Virus record (IMG/VR): IMGVR_UViG_3300031588_000004
Coordinates: 1 to 37,394 of that record
DNA: 37,394 bases
Strand: one strand, 5' to 3'
Origin: a virus
Lineage: Duplodnaviria > Caudoviricetes
Position numbers and translations under genes: made by a program. Below the pieces are notes generated by a model. The model had not been told where the DNA came from. It was given only the letters and a program-made list of their open reading frames with translations, and did not search any database. Of the stretch, positions 9,051-16,438 are shown one piece after another (the first letter of the stretch is position 1; every line of letters starts with the position of its first letter).

Positions 9051-9272
9051 ATGTCGCCAACTGAACGCGAATGGGGTGAACAATCGACCAAGCTGGAGCA
9101 ATGCGTACATCAGCAACGTAATCTGCGGATGATAATCGAGTCGATGATGGAAGACGCCCACGAAGACCGTGCCGCTATAGCTCGGCTAAATGTCATGCTC
9201 AAGACAACGCTGTCAGTTTTGGCAGTGGTGTCGGGGTTGCTGGCGTGGACCCTCGAGATGGTGCTGCGGTGA
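9051..9272 (+). CDS. Small coiled-coil protein with a C-terminal TM helix (73 aa)
   Basis: Hydrophobic tail LSVLAVVSGLLAWTLEMVL, in the lysis region. Confidence 0.65.
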   Translation: MSPTEREWGEQSTKLEQCVHQQRNLRMIIESMMEDAHEDRAAIARLNVMLKTTLSVLAVVSGLLAWTLEMVLR

Positions 9273-9323
9273 ATGATGTGGCGGTGTCTCCCAAAGCCAC
9301 TTATTGTGTGCCTGGGGGATTCA

Positions 9324-9794
9324 ATGGTTCAGGAACCGTCTTGGAAGAAGTGGCTTCGGATTCGAGAGGCCAGGATTCAGATCGACGAGATTGAGGGCCG
9401 TTGCCCGCTGCCGGTTGAAACCCCAATCGCAGAGATTCGACTGCTCGAGGTGTTTCTCAGGATTCCGATTGAGATTCCCCCGGACGCCGTGGCCGACCTC
9501 TACCGCGAGCTGCGAGACAAGGCCCTCTCAAGTACCGACGTGCCGCTCATCAAGAATACCCCGATTTCAGAGAAGACCCTTGAGGCGACCGTGTTTGCAG
9601 TGGCGCGCAGCCAGAGTGGGGACGCATGGGGCGACGTGTTTGACGAGTGGACGAGGTACGCCAAGAGTCAACGCAAGGGCAAGCAATGGGGCTTTGCTTC
9701 GACCCAGAGTTTCATCTCTGCCACGCGCAAGACGTACAAGCGTCTGACTGGCCGCGACCTTCAGTGGAAGAGGCAGCGAGGGGAGCGGAGGTAG
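9324..9794 (+). CDS. Hypothetical protein (156 aa)
   Basis: Open frame with the start reassigned to the ATG at 9324 after GGGGGA. It is the last + strand gene before the convergent junction. Confidence 0.65.
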   Translation: MVQEPSWKKWLRIREARIQIDEIEGRCPLPVETPIAEIRLLEVFLRIPIEIPPDAVADLYRELRDKALSSTDVPLIKNTPISEKTLEATVFAVARSQSGDAWGDVFDEWTRYAKSQRKGKQWGFASTQSFISATRKTYKRLTGRDLQWKRQRGERR

Positions 9795-9806
9795 GGCGCG
9801 CCATCC

Positions 9807-10214
9807 CTAGCGACTGAGCCCATCAATCATTCGCCACGGGGCACCAGGCTCTCGTCCGCTGATGGAGATGAGCGTGTACCCTATCCGGTCGGTAAGGATC
9901 TTGATCTCTGTAGAGTGACGTTGCCGGTTGTCGAGTGCCATCTTGCCCAGCACACAGATCAAATGCCCCCCACCCGTTTCGGTGAGACAAAGCAGGAGGC
10001 GGGGTGTATGCCCTTTTTCTCGCAGCAGGGCTCTACATGCGATGGCAAAGTCGTCGCAGTCCCCCGTCACTCGTTCAAAGTCTTCGGGAAGTCTCCAGTC
10101 GTCGATTGATCCTGGGTGTTGGACGCTGTCTTTGACGTATCTGAATCCTGCAAGGACTTTCTTGTGAACCTCGACGGTGTCGTCGATATAGCTTTGTGGG
10201 CTAGCAGTCGGCAT
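9807..10214 (-). CDS. Transglutaminase-like cysteine protease (BTLCP/peptidase C93, LapG-like), catalytic domain only (135 aa)
   Basis: Cys-His-Asp triad motifs GDCDDFA, GHLICV and LDN, with upstream YVKD...DDW. Confidence 0.85.
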   Translation of the reverse strand: MPTASPQSYIDDTVEVHKKVLAGFRYVKDSVQHPGSIDDWRLPEDFERVTGDCDDFAIACRALLREKGHTPRLLLCLTETGGGHLICVLGKMALDNRQRHSTEIKILTDRIGYTLISISGREPGAPWRMIDGLSR

Positions 10215-10392
10215 TTTCTACGCCATCCCTTTCCTGCCATTCGATACACCCACTTGGTGGGGTCACTTCAGGGCCTAGGATGAACGGGTCATCGAGTTCA
10301 GGGTTGAGTGGGTTTTCGGTCGTCGGTGTGACGCACCCCAAGAGCAGGGACAAAGAAAACAAACAAACAATCGCCAGCACTTTATGCTTCAT
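10201..10392 (-). CDS. Small lipoprotein (63 aa) overlapping the protease gene
   Basis: MKHK, a hydrophobic core and an LLLG-C lipobox. It ends GPEVTPPSGCIEWQERDGVENADC. Confidence 0.75.
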   Translation of the reverse strand: MKHKVLAIVCLFSLSLLLGCVTPTTENPLNPELDDPFILGPEVTPPSGCIEWQERDGVENADC

Positions 10393-10449
10393 CGCGACAT
10401 GGGACCTAACCCTGCACATTTAGTGGGATCTCGTCGCGGAGCAACTTCG

Positions 10450-10629
10450 TCACCCCTCTGCCTCGTAAATGATCTCGTCGATTTGATCTTGGCAGTCGCT
10501 AACCGATGCCCCGTTACCGCAACGCTTGTCTTCGGGACCGTCGTAATCGACGTGGGCAAAGTCAAAGTCGAAGTCTCGGTGTGGGATGGGCTTCGGGTCG
10601 AACGAGATGCTGTAGCCTCGGTATATCAT
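10450..10629 (-). CDS. Small acidic phage protein (59 aa)
   Basis: Start MIYRGY at 10629 with a GGAGG RBS and an ATGA overlap with the upstream gene. Confidence 0.7.
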   Translation of the reverse strand: MIYRGYSISFDPKPIPHRDFDFDFAHVDYDGPEDKRCGNGASVSDCQDQIDEIIYEAEG

Positions 10630-10973
10630 CCCCTCCTCCATATCAGTGAGCGGTAAACCACCCTGATTGCCATGTGCGCCTGTTTCGACTTGCGCGACTC
10701 ACCCGCCTCCTCCATCCAGCCGCACTTCTTTGCGTGCTTCATGACCGCGCCGAAGGCTCGTGGGGAAGCGGGACGTTCGAGACCTGCATCCCACACATCG
10801 TCGCAGAACAGTTTCCCGTGCTTGAGCAGGTAGCTGTGAACGAACCCCTTCGCGTACTCGACCCACTCCTCGCCACTCCGACCAGTCGATTGCCGTAGGC
10901 CCTCCTGCTGACCCTTGAGTGCTTCGGCAGGAGTAGGCATGTCGAACAGTCCCGGCTGTTTAATGTCGCTCAT
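10626..10973 (-). CDS. Hypothetical protein, possibly winged-helix (115 aa)
   Basis: Translationally coupled on both sides. Contains the pattern PRAFGAVMKHAKKCGWM. Confidence 0.7.
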   Translation of the reverse strand: MSDIKQPGLFDMPTPAEALKGQQEGLRQSTGRSGEEWVEYAKGFVHSYLLKHGKLFCDDVWDAGLERPASPRAFGAVMKHAKKCGWMEEAGESRKSKQAHMAIRVVYRSLIWRRG

Positions 10974-11464
10974 TTGACGTGCAACTTTTGCCGCTGCACC
11001 ATCTCAGCCCCGGGCACAGGTTCATTCTTGAGGGCTTGCCGCAGCTTGATTTTGTCAGGCCGAGGAGCGGGTGTGACGGGCTCGGTCATGAACTCCGCAG
11101 GGAGCTTGCTCTCGTCCGTGATCTCGACGGCACTCGATTTAGTCCACTTCAACCAATGCCTGTCATCCCTAACCGACTGGCCTTGTGGCAGATGCCGCTC
11201 CACATACGCCTGGAGCTTCTCTGCGCGCCTCTTATGGCCTTTAGCTCGCTCGGCCAGTGCATCGGCTTGGAGCTGCACAGCGTCACCCTCGGCACGCTCA
11301 CCCTTGATGTAGCCAGCAAGCGATAGGATCTTCAGCTCTCGATCAAGCTCGAGGGCGTCGATTTCAAACAGTGCCAGCTCATCAATCTCGCCGGTATCGC
11401 GATCCGTGGCCGCGTAGATCATTGCTTCGAGACGTTCGTCCATCTGCCAAAGTTTCAAACTCAT
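10970..11464 (-). CDS. Siphovirus Gp157-like protein (164 aa)
   Basis: MSLKLW start after GGAG, a coiled coil, and the C-terminal pattern S.AVEI.DE..LP.EF...PDK..L..ALK...VPGA. Confidence 0.85.
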   Translation of the reverse strand: MSLKLWQMDERLEAMIYAATDRDTGEIDELALFEIDALELDRELKILSLAGYIKGERAEGDAVQLQADALAERAKGHKRRAEKLQAYVERHLPQGQSVRDDRHWLKWTKSSAVEITDESKLPAEFMTEPVTPAPRPDKIKLRQALKNEPVPGAEMVQRQKLHVK

Positions 11465-11479
11465 GTGGATCTCCAGGGT

Positions 11480-11519
11480 GAGCCTGGGCATCACCGTGTT
11501 CTTGGTGACACCCAGACTC
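11480..11519 (-). other. Intergenic RNA hairpin (16-bp stem, 8-nt loop)
   Basis: Minus strand GAGUCUGGGUGUCACC-aagaacac-GGUGAUGCCCAGGCUC is fully paired with 3 G-U pairs and has no U-tail. Confidence 0.7.
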
Positions 11520-11535
11520 GTTGGGAGGTTCGGTT

Positions 11536-11916
11536 TTAGAACGGCGAGCCATCGTCGGAGGGGATGTTCTCATCCATCGCTGGAGCCACGATGCGGACCC
11601 GCAGGCAATCGACAATGTTGCCGCCAAACGAGGTCTTGTCGGGGTAAATCTGCACCGGCTTGCCGATCCAGTTGTCCGTGTCGTCGCCGTAGTACGCACC
11701 GATCATCTTGGAGTTCGTCACGTTCAGAACCCAACCCTTGGTGCCGTTTTTGAACTTGAACGGAGAGTCGGTGAAGTAAACGCAGGGCCTACTATCGGCA
11801 TCTGCGCCCTGGCCGACCTCCTCCATGACAACCTTCTCAATCGTTAGATTGATCGGCTTGCTTTCAAGATCTGCTGCTTTCATGTAGGCGGAGGGGAATG
11901 CTGTCTGGATATTCAT
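11536..11916 (-). CDS. Putative single-stranded DNA-binding protein (126 aa)
   Basis: Start MNIQTAFPS after GAGGA. Beta-rich body (LNVTN..., DNWIGKPVQI) and an acidic tail ending DDGSPF, as in SSBs. Confidence 0.6.
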   Translation of the reverse strand: MNIQTAFPSAYMKAADLESKPINLTIEKVVMEEVGQGADADSRPCVYFTDSPFKFKNGTKGWVLNVTNSKMIGAYYGDDTDNWIGKPVQIYPDKTSFGGNIVDCLRVRIVAPAMDENIPSDDGSPF

Positions 11917-11945
11917 TGTGTGTTCCTCGTGTTGTGGTGTGGGTC

Positions 11946-11992
11946 GAGTGGGTTGCCCCGCCATCGTTTTACTGATGACGAGGCACCTACTC
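11946..11992 (-). other. Intergenic RNA hairpin (~18 pairs, 8-nt loop)
   Basis: Minus strand GAGUAGGUGCCUCGUCAUC-aguaaaac-GAUGGCGGGGCAACCCACUC, with G-U pairs, one bulge, one mismatch and no U-tail. Confidence 0.7.
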
Positions 11993-12205
11993 ACTCTCGG
12001 CGAGAACATCCCGCCCGTATCCATCGACACCAATCGACGCCGATGAATTGTTCACATGGGTTTCCATGCTGAAAATGGTGATGACTGCTGCCGCGACGAT
12101 GACCGCAAGCACTACGAGTTTGCGTAGGCGGCGTGGCTTACGGTTGTGCGTGGTTGGCAATGCGAAGTCGAACTCGAGTGGCTTGCGACCGTAGAGATGT
12201 CTCAT
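11987..12205 (-). CDS. Small single-TM protein (72 aa)
   Basis: Basic patch RKPRRLRK followed by LVVLAVIVAAAVITIF. ATGA-coupled to the upstream gene. Confidence 0.65.
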   Translation of the reverse strand: MRHLYGRKPLEFDFALPTTHNRKPRRLRKLVVLAVIVAAAVITIFSMETHVNNSSASIGVDGYGRDVLAESE

Positions 12206-12780
12206 TGCCCCGGCTCCAGCCGTGAGCCAGCCAGATCGGAGATGCGGGTGGGAGCCTCGTGATTGGCGACGGGCTCGTTTTCACGCATATGGAGTGACTG
12301 GCCTTTGAACTCGTATTTGAGCGCGTCAACGATGCGGTCGGTGAACCCCACGTCTAGACCGCGCTCGAAACCCTCTGAGAGAGCATCGTTGAGCGTCTGG
12401 GCGAGGTCTTCAAGGTCAACGGAGTGCTCGACGGGTTCAGCCTTCTTGAAAATCGCCACGAAGTCGCCGGCTTCTGCGAGCGCGCTGTTGAGAGCACGAA
12501 CCTGATCGCGGGCCTGATCGAGAGAAAGGAACTGGGTGAGGTTGCCCGCCAGCTCGACCCTGCCGGTTTCATCTTCTTCGGGCGGCTCAAACCACGCTTC
12601 TTTGATCGTGACACGCAGTGACACGTAATCGTCTAGGGTGCGTTCTTTCTCCCAGAACGTGGCGTCAACTTCGGTTTCGCGACCAGTCGTGTGAACTGTC
12701 ACGTCGATGGCGCGGGCGTCAAGTTTGTACTCATCCGTGGTGCTTGCAGTGATGGCACCGTTTGACAGTTCGACCTTCAT
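12202..12780 (-). CDS. Hypothetical acidic protein, first gene of the leftward operon (192 aa)
   Basis: Start reassigned to MKVELSNG at 12780, with a GGGAGG RBS. Confidence 0.75.
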   Translation of the reverse strand: MKVELSNGAITASTTDEYKLDARAIDVTVHTTGRETEVDATFWEKERTLDDYVSLRVTIKEAWFEPPEEDETGRVELAGNLTQFLSLDQARDQVRALNSALAEAGDFVAIFKKAEPVEHSVDLEDLAQTLNDALSEGFERGLDVGFTDRIVDALKYEFKGQSLHMRENEPVANHEAPTRISDLAGSRLEPGQ

Positions 12781-12799
12781 GTTCTCGCCTCCCGTTGTT

Positions 12800-12892
12800 G
12801 AAGTTAAGCTATATTTGCCACAGGTCAAATGAGATGTCAACCTTTTGAGCGAGTCCATTGCAAATTTAGCTTAACTTCGGCAAGATGCTCAC
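12800..12892. promoter_or_regulatory. Divergent promoter region with a 19-bp inverted operator-like repeat
   Basis: GAAGTTAAGCTATATTTGC (12800-12818) and GCAAATTTAGCTTAACTTC (12860-12878) are inverted copies with 1 mismatch. Rightward promoter candidate TTGCAA-N17-CAAGAT. Leftward candidates TTGACA (12840-12835) and TTGACC-N16-TAACTT. Confidence 0.7.
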
Positions 12893-13177
12893 ATGACAAA
12901 GTGGAAGAGCCATCCGATAAGCAAATACATGGATCGTTTCGAGCTGACCAACACCGATTTCGCGGAGAAGCTCGGCGTGACCAGACAGCGAGTGTCCCAG
13001 ATTATCAACCAGCCTGGAGGTACGATCTCGGTCAAACTTGCCCGGAAGATAGTCGAGATCACGGCTGGAGAGGTCAAGTACGACGATCTGTTCAACTGGG
13101 TTCCGATGACGAAGGCCAAGAAGAGAGCCGCGACGAAGGCAGGAAACAAGCCTGAGCGGGCGAGTACATCATACTAA
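12893..13177 (+). CDS. Cro/XRE-family HTH regulator (94 aa)
   Basis: LTNTDFAEKLGVTRQRVSQII helix-turn-helix, and an EITAGEV motif typical of Cro-like proteins. Confidence 0.85.
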   Translation: MTKWKSHPISKYMDRFELTNTDFAEKLGVTRQRVSQIINQPGGTISVKLARKIVEITAGEVKYDDLFNWVPMTKAKKRAATKAGNKPERASTSY

Positions 13178-13202
13178 ATTAACCTTTGGGGGGTGAATAC
13201 GA

Positions 13203-13991
13203 ATGGCGAGACCGAAGCCACATTTCAAGATCCACCTATCTATTGATAGCCATAAGAACACTGCGGTGATGTGGGGGAATGTCATCGACCGTGGAATTTA
13301 TTGCGAGTTGGGCAGGCTGTCGGTGCAGAAATATGCCTCGAAAACCGGGAATCAATTCCACATGAGTACGGCCGAATTGATGGTGGTGACCGGCTGCGAA
13401 ACGGCTGGAGCTGCAGCGTTGAGATGGAAAGCTTTCCTGAGGCACTGCACACTTGGAGCAAAGGCACTCGGGGGTTACCCGCCTATTACCTCAGAGGCAC
13501 TCGGTAGGCACTGGAGAGTTACGATCCGCAACCTCTCGGAAAAGCAGGGGTTTGTATCCGGTAATAAACAAGAATGTACTCCTACAGAACACAGAGCACA
13601 GAATGAAGAACAAATAGCATTAACTACCCCCTCGACATACAAGTGGCAGAGGCCCGAGAGCGCGCCATTGCTTCCTGTCGAGACCGTCAAGAATATGGTC
13701 GCCGTCAAGCCCAATGGGGTAACCCACACAGCCGAAAATGTTCAAGTCTGGTGGCAGTGGGTAGTGCCGCAAATGCTGGATCGTGGGACCGAGGTTGAGA
13801 ATCTCGGCAGGGCTCGACCGAATTGGTGGAAGCGTCTACGAGCCGATGACATGGCAACTGCTCGTGCGTGGATTTCAAAATCTATCGTGTACGAGCAAGC
13901 CGCAGAGTTTGACGAGGCCGCAGAGGGCGACTCATCAAAACCACAATTCACCGATGACGAAATTCAGGAGGCAGCCAATGCCCTTTCATGA
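13203..13991 (+). CDS. Putative replication initiator/replisome organiser (262 aa)
   Basis: Lies between Cro and the helicase, and carries internal A-rich heptamer repeats. The function is inferred from position. Confidence 0.55.
   Translation: MARPKPHFKIHLSIDSHKNTAVMWGNVIDRGIYCELGRLSVQKYASKTGNQFHMSTAELMVVTGCETAGAAALRWKAFLRHCTLGAKALGGYPPITSEALGRHWRVTIRNLSEKQGFVSGNKQECTPTEHRAQNEEQIALTTPSTYKWQRPESAPLLPVETVKNMVAVKPNGVTHTAENVQVWWQWVVPQMLDRGTEVENLGRARPNWWKRLRADDMATARAWISKSIVYEQAAEFDEAAEGDSSKPQFTDDEIQEAANALS
13584..13618 (+). repeat. Five degenerate 7-bp tandem repeats, candidate origin element
   Basis: ACAGAAC ACAGAGC ACAGAAT GAAGAAC AAATAGC within an AT-rich patch. Confidence 0.5.
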
Positions 13992-14991
13992 AAACGGCAA
14001 AGCCAGGGGCTACCTGGAGATGCTGAACGACATTCCACTCGCGGATCGGCCTGAATTTGCCAGCACGATTCCAGACATGAAGGCATTCGAGGATGGTTTG
14101 TTGGAAGCTGGCTGCCCACTCAACGAGATCGACCAACTCATCACCGAACTCGAGTTCTATCGCAGTCCAAACAGCAAGGTCGATGATCCAGCCGTCGAGC
14201 TTATGAGGGTCTTGAGCGAGTCAATTCGGATACCAGACGAGAACAGCGCCATAGATCTGCTTGAGAGCACCCTAGAATCGCGTAAGCCGCGTTTTAAGAC
14301 GGGGTTGGCATCTTTGGACCAGATGACAGGCGGAGGCTGCTACGGGCTAACCACGGTCGCTGGAGACGCGAAGGCAGGAAAGACACTTTTCGCATTCTCA
14401 ACTGCGGTCGAGGCAGCGTTATCTCCAGAGGCGTGGAAGGTTGTTTATTTCAACGCGGAACTAGATCGCAACGAAGCCATTATGGCGGTCATTCGTAAAT
14501 GTGAGGGTAAAATCCCGCCCGAACTGGGTGAGAGGATGACGTTGATTACCCCCGACTACACCTTCCAGCCCAGAGATGCGATCAGCCGGATTCGGGAAGC
14601 AATCGAGTTGGGAGATGAGAAGGTTCTGGTTGTGCTCGACTCGATCAATGCGTTGATTGATTTATCGAGTGACGGGAGTGGCGACGAAGTCATCGACTAC
14701 TGGTCTGCGGCTGCGTTGTGGCGGAACTTTGCCGTGCGGGCGACGAAGAACTCAGGCGGCAAGATTGCATTCCTAGCCGTTTCGGAGACCAACCGTGCTG
14801 GTGGAATCAAAGGTGCGGCCCTCGAGTATAAAAGCGACCTTTGCGTAAAAATATGCAAGGATGACCAGAACCCGACACTGGTTGATATTGACGTTATGTT
14901 GTCACGATCTACGCCGTCAGGTCCGTTGGGTACATTCTATCGAGACTGGCTGAACTGTAAATTCAAGCAATGCGACAACACTTTTAAGTAG
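13978..14991 (+). CDS. DnaB-like/RecA-fold replicative helicase (337 aa)
   Basis: TGLASLDQMTGG, Walker A GDAKAGKT, YFNAE, Walker B VVLDS and LEYKSD. Start at the ATG at 13978 after AGGAGG. Confidence 0.85.
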   Translation: MPFHENGKARGYLEMLNDIPLADRPEFASTIPDMKAFEDGLLEAGCPLNEIDQLITELEFYRSPNSKVDDPAVELMRVLSESIRIPDENSAIDLLESTLESRKPRFKTGLASLDQMTGGGCYGLTTVAGDAKAGKTLFAFSTAVEAALSPEAWKVVYFNAELDRNEAIMAVIRKCEGKIPPELGERMTLITPDYTFQPRDAISRIREAIELGDEKVLVVLDSINALIDLSSDGSGDEVIDYWSAAALWRNFAVRATKNSGGKIAFLAVSETNRAGGIKGAALEYKSDLCVKICKDDQNPTLVDIDVMLSRSTPSGPLGTFYRDWLNCKFKQCDNTFK

Positions 14992-14993
14992 GG

Positions 14994-15182
14994 GTGACTG
15001 ACGTGAAGCCAGACAAATTGTCAGACGAGGAGTCTGCAAAGTTAGCCTTCATGCGCTGGGTGGCGGCATCCAGTGATAAGGCGTGGCTTCCTCGTCGGTC
15101 AGCGGCTGAAGCGGTTTGGTCATTTGTCGCAGCCTGGGTGAAAAGTGATGGGTTTGGGGTCAAGGACAAAGGGGAACGGTGA
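14994..15182 (+). CDS. Hypothetical protein (62 aa)
   Basis: GTG start, tightly packed between its neighbours. Confidence 0.5.
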   Translation: MTDVKPDKLSDEESAKLAFMRWVAASSDKAWLPRRSAAEAVWSFVAAWVKSDGFGVKDKGER

Positions 15183-15520
15183 CAACTGGAACGAGATGCT
15201 TTTCGATGAGGACCGAAGACGAGCTGCCGGGGACAAGCGGACACTTTTGGAACCAAGACCTCGAATGCCAAAATGGAAATTGCAGCAGCAATTGGTCTAA
15301 AAACCGAGATCGTCCAAGAGTCTGCAACTTCGCCAGTTACCGGCCTGCACCCCATATGACGGGTCAACTCAAACGAGACCTCGAGCTACATTCCCGACAC
15401 GGGGATTCAGATGACTCGTTCACCAAGGTTGCGGCCGAGATGGGGATGAACCGGCACGAAGCCTATGCCGCCTACCAGCGAGCCCGCCGCTATCACAAAA
15501 CAATGGCGGCGCGGAGATGA
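15179..15520 (+). CDS. Cys/His-containing protein with a C-terminal HTH (113 aa)
   Basis: Contains C7, H22, C30, C35 and C49. SFTKVAAEMGMNRHEAYAAYQRA resembles a sigma region-4-type HTH. Confidence 0.55.
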   Translation: MTTGTRCFSMRTEDELPGTSGHFWNQDLECQNGNCSSNWSKNRDRPRVCNFASYRPAPHMTGQLKRDLELHSRHGDSDDSFTKVAAEMGMNRHEAYAAYQRARRYHKTMAARR

Positions 15521-16035
15521 AGCGCCGAATCATCGCCATCGACCCCGGTACAGACCGCAGCGCGGTGGTGACAATCGACATCGACGGCGAAGTCCACGGC
15601 CAGATCCTCGACAACTACGTGCTTGAGAAATGGCTGGAGGATTTCCACCACAAGAAAGATTGGTGCTGCGCAGTCGAGATGATTGCCTGCTACGGGCAGC
15701 GAGTAGGCCGGGAAGTATTCGAGACCTGCGTCTGGATCGGTAAATTCATGTCCGCATGGCAAACTCGCACGATAGCCGAACCCGCAAGACTCGTCCGACG
15801 AGATGTGAAGATGGAGCTGTGCTCGACCAATCGCGCCAACGATGCAGATATTCGCGCTGCATTGATCGACCTCTACGGACCCGGCAAGCTCAAGGCTGTC
15901 GGATTGAAAGCCTCTCCCGGCCCACTCTACGGCTTCAAAAAAGACATGTGGGCTGCGTTAGCGGTAGCCGTGACATTCGACAGGATGCTCGACCGCACCG
16001 CAATCCATGTCAAAAAGCTGGGGGGAATAGGATGA
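15517..16035 (+). CDS. RuvC-like Holliday junction resolvase (172 aa)
   Basis: IIAIDPG, AVE and D.WAALAVA RNase H-fold motifs. Confidence 0.8.
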   Translation: MKRRIIAIDPGTDRSAVVTIDIDGEVHGQILDNYVLEKWLEDFHHKKDWCCAVEMIACYGQRVGREVFETCVWIGKFMSAWQTRTIAEPARLVRRDVKMELCSTNRANDADIRAALIDLYGPGKLKAVGLKASPGPLYGFKKDMWAALAVAVTFDRMLDRTAIHVKKLGGIG

Positions 16036-16238
16036 GTAAAGGCGGGGCGAGACTGGCCCCATTTGATTCTAGAATTACAGATGCCTGGGCGGCGGGAGCT
16101 AGATGGGTGCTCGAACGCATCCAAGCAGACAGGGTTGAACCCTCAATCGTAGAGGGGGAAGTCGCAGCCATCGCAGAGCAATCTACGAAGCGGCAGAGTG
16201 AACGGCCTAAACGTAAATTCGCAGGGAAAAGGCGATAA
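16032..16238 (+). CDS. Hypothetical basic protein (68 aa)
   Basis: ATG at 16032 after GGGGGA, overlapping the end of the resolvase gene. Confidence 0.55.
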   Translation: MSKGGARLAPFDSRITDAWAAGARWVLERIQADRVEPSIVEGEVAAIAEQSTKRQSERPKRKFAGKRR

Positions 16239-16242
16239 GTCA

Positions 16243-16385
16243 TTGACGTGTGACCGGATGTGTCACAAGGGGGATAAAAGCTCGGGATACCGGGTGCAAC
16301 CTCCCGCAGTGGATGGATGGGTCACCCCTACCATTACTGCGGCGGGGGGTGGCGGGGATTAAACCTTGCCATCCCTCGCTTATAT
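16243..16385 (+). promoter_or_regulatory. Non-coding late-operon leader: palindrome plus three hairpins
   Basis: TTGACG (16243), TGTGAC-N7-GTCACA (16249-16267), and stems at 16280-16295, 16304-16342 and 16342-16379 (16 bp with G-U pairs). Confidence 0.55.
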
Positions 16386-16438
16386 CAACGTCGTAGTCGT
16401 TCGCACTGAATTAGTGATCAAAAGTGAGGAGTGGATTC

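Noticed and set aside
16268-16333. tRNA- or tmRNA-like element (AGGGG...CCCCT-ACCA)
   Set aside because: Only ~5 acceptor-like pairs, no T-arm GTTC motif and no cloverleaf. The CCA pairs better in a local hairpin.
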